Origin: a bacterium
GTDB lineage: Bacteria > SAR324 > NAC60-12
Length of the DNA: 64,000 nucleotides
Assembly: GCA_965233585.1 (NCBI GenBank)
Contig: CBDDTI010000747.1
Coordinates: 96,001 to 160,000, forward strand
Direction of reading: 5' to 3'
Shown here: in pieces, positions 61,404 to 64,000 of the stretch
How the letters are laid out: every line of letters begins with the position of its first letter
Position numbering within the stretch: position 1 is the stretch's first letter
The notes under the pieces: model-generated
What the model was told of the DNA's origin: nothing
Seen by the model: only the letters and a program-made list of their open reading frames with translations
The model's database searches: none
Position numbers and translations under genes: made by a program

Positions 61404-64000
61404 ATGCAAAAGCTCATCAATCGTTGTCTTGTTCATTTGGCATCTGTTGTCAAACCTTCTGTTGTCCAGACAGGTGTTTGCCTGCTGTGCATCACGACTC
61501 TCTTTGCCTGCAGTAGTGACGATGGTGGTGCGTCTTCAGGAGGAGGAAACACCCCAGCTGCCATCTCACCAAAGGAAGCAGAAAAAGAAAACGAAGCAGA
61601 AGGGGGTCAATGTTTGCAGATTCCTAAAACCCTGACGCAAGGCACAGGCAACCTTGCCATCTTCAACTCACTAGATGAAGATGTCCTGCTGTCGTATTCC
61701 AGCAGTCTGAATGCTGATGATGTGATGGCTGTCATTGGAGGCAAGCAGAACGGAGTGAAGGTGGACATTTCACAACGAAGTTCTTCAACGGTCATGGTGT
61801 TTGGATTCAAAATGCCAGCAGTCAAGGACTACCTGAAAGCAGACTGCGATGAGACCAAGATGCCAACAGCTTTTGTGCAAAGTGAGTTCATTCCCACAGC
61901 CGAATCTAGTTTTGTGCTAGAAGCCAGCGAGATGAAACAAGATTACGGAACATTGCTGATACTCAACAAACGTTCTGGTCTGGTGTCTATTTTTCAAGGC
62001 AGTTCAAGGAACAAGCAAATCGGAGTGGTTCAGGCTGGTCAGTCTAACTATCGGATTCAAATCCCCATCGGCTACAAGCAACTCGTGTTTTATTTGCACA
62101 AGGCATCAGGAGGCATTGACTTTACAAAACCTGTCTTTTCCAAAAATCTGGTCTTTAACAAAGGAGACACTAAACTGGTGTTCATTCCCAACAAGACCAT
62201 TTTCAATGGTGCGAAGATCAAGTTTCTCAATGCCTCTGCCCAAGATGTGATGCTGATGGTGAGAAAGAGTGATAGCCCGTTGTCTAATGTAGAGTGCAGT
62301 TGTGAGGTCGTTGGCAAGGAATCGGCTAAACCTGTGATGATTCTGGTGCAAGACAAGTATTATTCAGCTGACTTCTTCTTTTCTGTGATTAGTTTAGACA
62401 CAGGTCAAACCTTGACAGAGAGTCAACCCTTTGAGTTAGATAAAAAAACGAACGTGCAGTTTGAGTTGAAAGCAGATTTGTCTCTGAAGAAGACAGATTT
62501 GGGCAAGAATCAAGTTGTTGTGCCAAATGAAAAACCCAGCACCCCAAGTGAAGTGAAAACAAGCGAGGTCAAAGCCAGCAGTGTCAAAGTCAGCTGGTTG
62601 CCTTCAGCAGATTCAGATGGTCAAGTGGAAGGTTATGAAGTCTCTTACAAGACAAGTAGCGGGTCATGGACAGGAACACAAACCACCACGCAAACCAGTC
62701 TGATTGTGTCAGGATTACAGCCTGAAACCAGCTACGCTTTCCGCATACGAGCCAAAGATGATGAGGGAGACTGGAGTGCTTATGAAGAAAGCCAACCTGT
62801 CAAGACGCCTGAAGCTGCCAATCAACCACCCAGCAAACCTAGCACCATCAGCACCAGCCAAGTGACAGACTCCAGCATCAAGGTTTCATGGACTGCTGCC
62901 ACAGACTCTGACGGCAGCATTTCTGGCTATGAAATCTCTTATCAGACAGGTAATGGGTTTTGGAAAGGGGCAAGGACGATTACTGGCACCACTTACACTT
63001 TTTACTCACTGCAGTCTGAAACTAGCTACACTTTCCGCATTCGTGCCAAAGACAATGACGGACAATGGAGTGCTTACCAACAAAGTACCCAAGTTAAGAC
63101 TCTTGCACCCCCAAGCAAACCCAGCAACATCAGCACCAGCAACATTCAAAAGACTAGCATCAAGCTGTCTTGGACTGCTGCCACAGATTCTGACGGAGTC
63201 ATTGCAGGCTATGAAGTCTCTTACAAAACAGGCAACGGGGCATGGACAGGAACACAAACCACCACTCAAACGTCTTTAATTGTGTCAGGATTACAGCCGA
63301 ACACTGCCTACACTTTCCGCATTCGTGCCAGAGACAATCACAGACAATGGGGTGAGTATTTGCATGCCAGCGCTAAGACTCTTGCACCCCCAAGCAAACC
63401 AAGCACCATTAGCACCAGCAACATTCAAAAAACTAGCATCAAGGTCTCATGGACTGCTGCCACAGATTCTGATGGAGTCATTGCAGGTTATGAAGTCTCT
63501 TACAAAACAGGCAACGGGTCTTGGACAGGAACACAAACCACGACCCAAACCAATCTCACCGTGTCAGGATTACAACCGAACACTGCCTACACTTTCCGCA
63601 TTCGTGCCAAAGACAATCACGGACAATGGAGCGATTACCAGCAAAGTTCTGCTGTCAAAACCGATCTTGGCATCTCCAAATACACTTGGAAGCAAATCAA
63701 AGCCAATGACAACACAGGCTGGTCTAAACGACTTGAGCCTGCTAGTGTGGTATTTGATGGCAAACTCTGGGTGCTAGGGGGATATGATGGAAGTAAGAAA
63801 AACGATGTATGGAGCAGTACTGATGGACAAACTTGGAAACAGGTAACATCCTCTGCAAGTTGGTCTGTTCGTGATGATCATACAAGTGTCGTATTCAATA
63901 GCAAACTCTGGGTGCTGGGGGGAGGTAGCCACAAAAACGATGTATGGAGTTCTTCTGATGGCAAGAATTGGACAGAACACAAGATTCCAGCAGGCAAAAC
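61404..64000 (+). CDS. Large surface lipoprotein: N-terminal domain, four fibronectin type III repeats, then beta-propeller repeats (truncated by the window end)
   Basis: Hand translation from ATG 61404 (AGGT RBS) finds no stop to 64000; lipobox LFAC; four (P.KPS..SW..A.DSDG.I.GYE.SY..L.P.T.Y.FRIRA.D) units; then VFDGKLWVLGG..NDVWSSTDGQTW. Confidence 0.87.
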   Translation, partial: MQKLINRCLVHLASVVKPSVVQTGVCLLCITTLFACSSDDGGASSGGGNTPAAISPKEAEKENEAEGGQCLQIPKTLTQGTGNLAIFNSLDEDVLLSYSSSLNADDVMAVIGGKQNGVKVDISQRSSSTVMVFGFKMPAVKDYLKADCDETKMPTAFVQSEFIPTAESSFVLEASEMKQDYGTLLILNKRSGLVSIFQGSSRNKQIGVVQAGQSNYRIQIPIGYKQLVFYLHKASGGIDFTKPVFSKNLVFNKGDTKLVFIPNKTIFNGAKIKFLNASAQDVMLMVRKSDSPLSNVECSCEVVGKESAKPVMILVQDKYYSADFFFSVISLDTGQTLTESQPFELDKKTNVQFELKADLSLKKTDLGKNQVVVPNEKPSTPSEVKTSEVKASSVKVSWLPSADSDGQVEGYEVSYKTSSGSWTGTQTTTQTSLIVSGLQPETSYAFRIRAKDDEGDWSAYEESQPVKTPEAANQPPSKPSTISTSQVTDSSIKVSWTAATDSDGSISGYEISYQTGNGFWKGARTITGTTYTFYSLQSETSYTFRIRAKDNDGQWSAYQQSTQVKTLAPPSKPSNISTSNIQKTSIKLSWTAATDSDGVIAGYEVSYKTGNGAWTGTQTTTQTSLIVSGLQPNTAYTFRIRARDNHRQWGEYLHASAKTLAPPSKPSTISTSNIQKTSIKVSWTAATDSDGVIAGYEVSYKTGNGSWTGTQTTTQTNLTVSGLQPNTAYTFRIRAKDNHGQWSDYQQSSAVKTDLGISKYTWKQIKANDNTGWSKRLEPASVVFDGKLWVLGGYDGSKKNDVWSSTDGQTWKQVTSSASWSVRDDHTSVVFNSKLWVLGGGSHKNDVWSSSDGKNWTEHKIPAGK

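Noticed and set aside
61318..63980. Short ORF-track entries in the last 2.7 kb
   Set aside because: They are alternative-frame or antisense shadows of the long ORF starting at 61404

Overview
Bacterial chromosomal window, AT-rich and Gram-negative in character (lipoproteins, beta-barrel proteins); the taxon cannot be fixed from sequence alone. Left to right: a K+-dependent membrane pyrophosphatase and two tRNAs; a LacI-regulated catabolic cluster of unknown substrate (HisD/HpsN-like dehydrogenase, SDR, three SnoaL-like proteins, aldolase, hydrolase, cupin, TauE exporter, sugar-type ABC transporter). That cluster is interrupted by an orphan DNA methyltransferase and by an AT-rich defence block: Type III RM mod, TIR-P-loop NTPase, RAYT transposase, res, with REP palindromes translated in frame inside mod and RAYT. 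Next come a murG-like gene, a RelE-type TA pair, a beta-barrel protein, tandem beta-propeller lipoproteins, csoR-cytochrome c-copA, an ArsS-type arsenosugar cluster containing an MTA-phosphorylase-like gene, an IS1 nested in another IS1, a degenerate kinase-like gene, bioMNY, a torT-decarboxylase-nitrilase trio and an ABC/AttH operon. The window ends with an outer-membrane gene frameshifted by a (TTGCGGA)8 tract, a REP cluster, and a large FN3/propeller lipoprotein that runs off the end and is missing from the ORF track. All calls rest on motif reading by eye; no searches were run.
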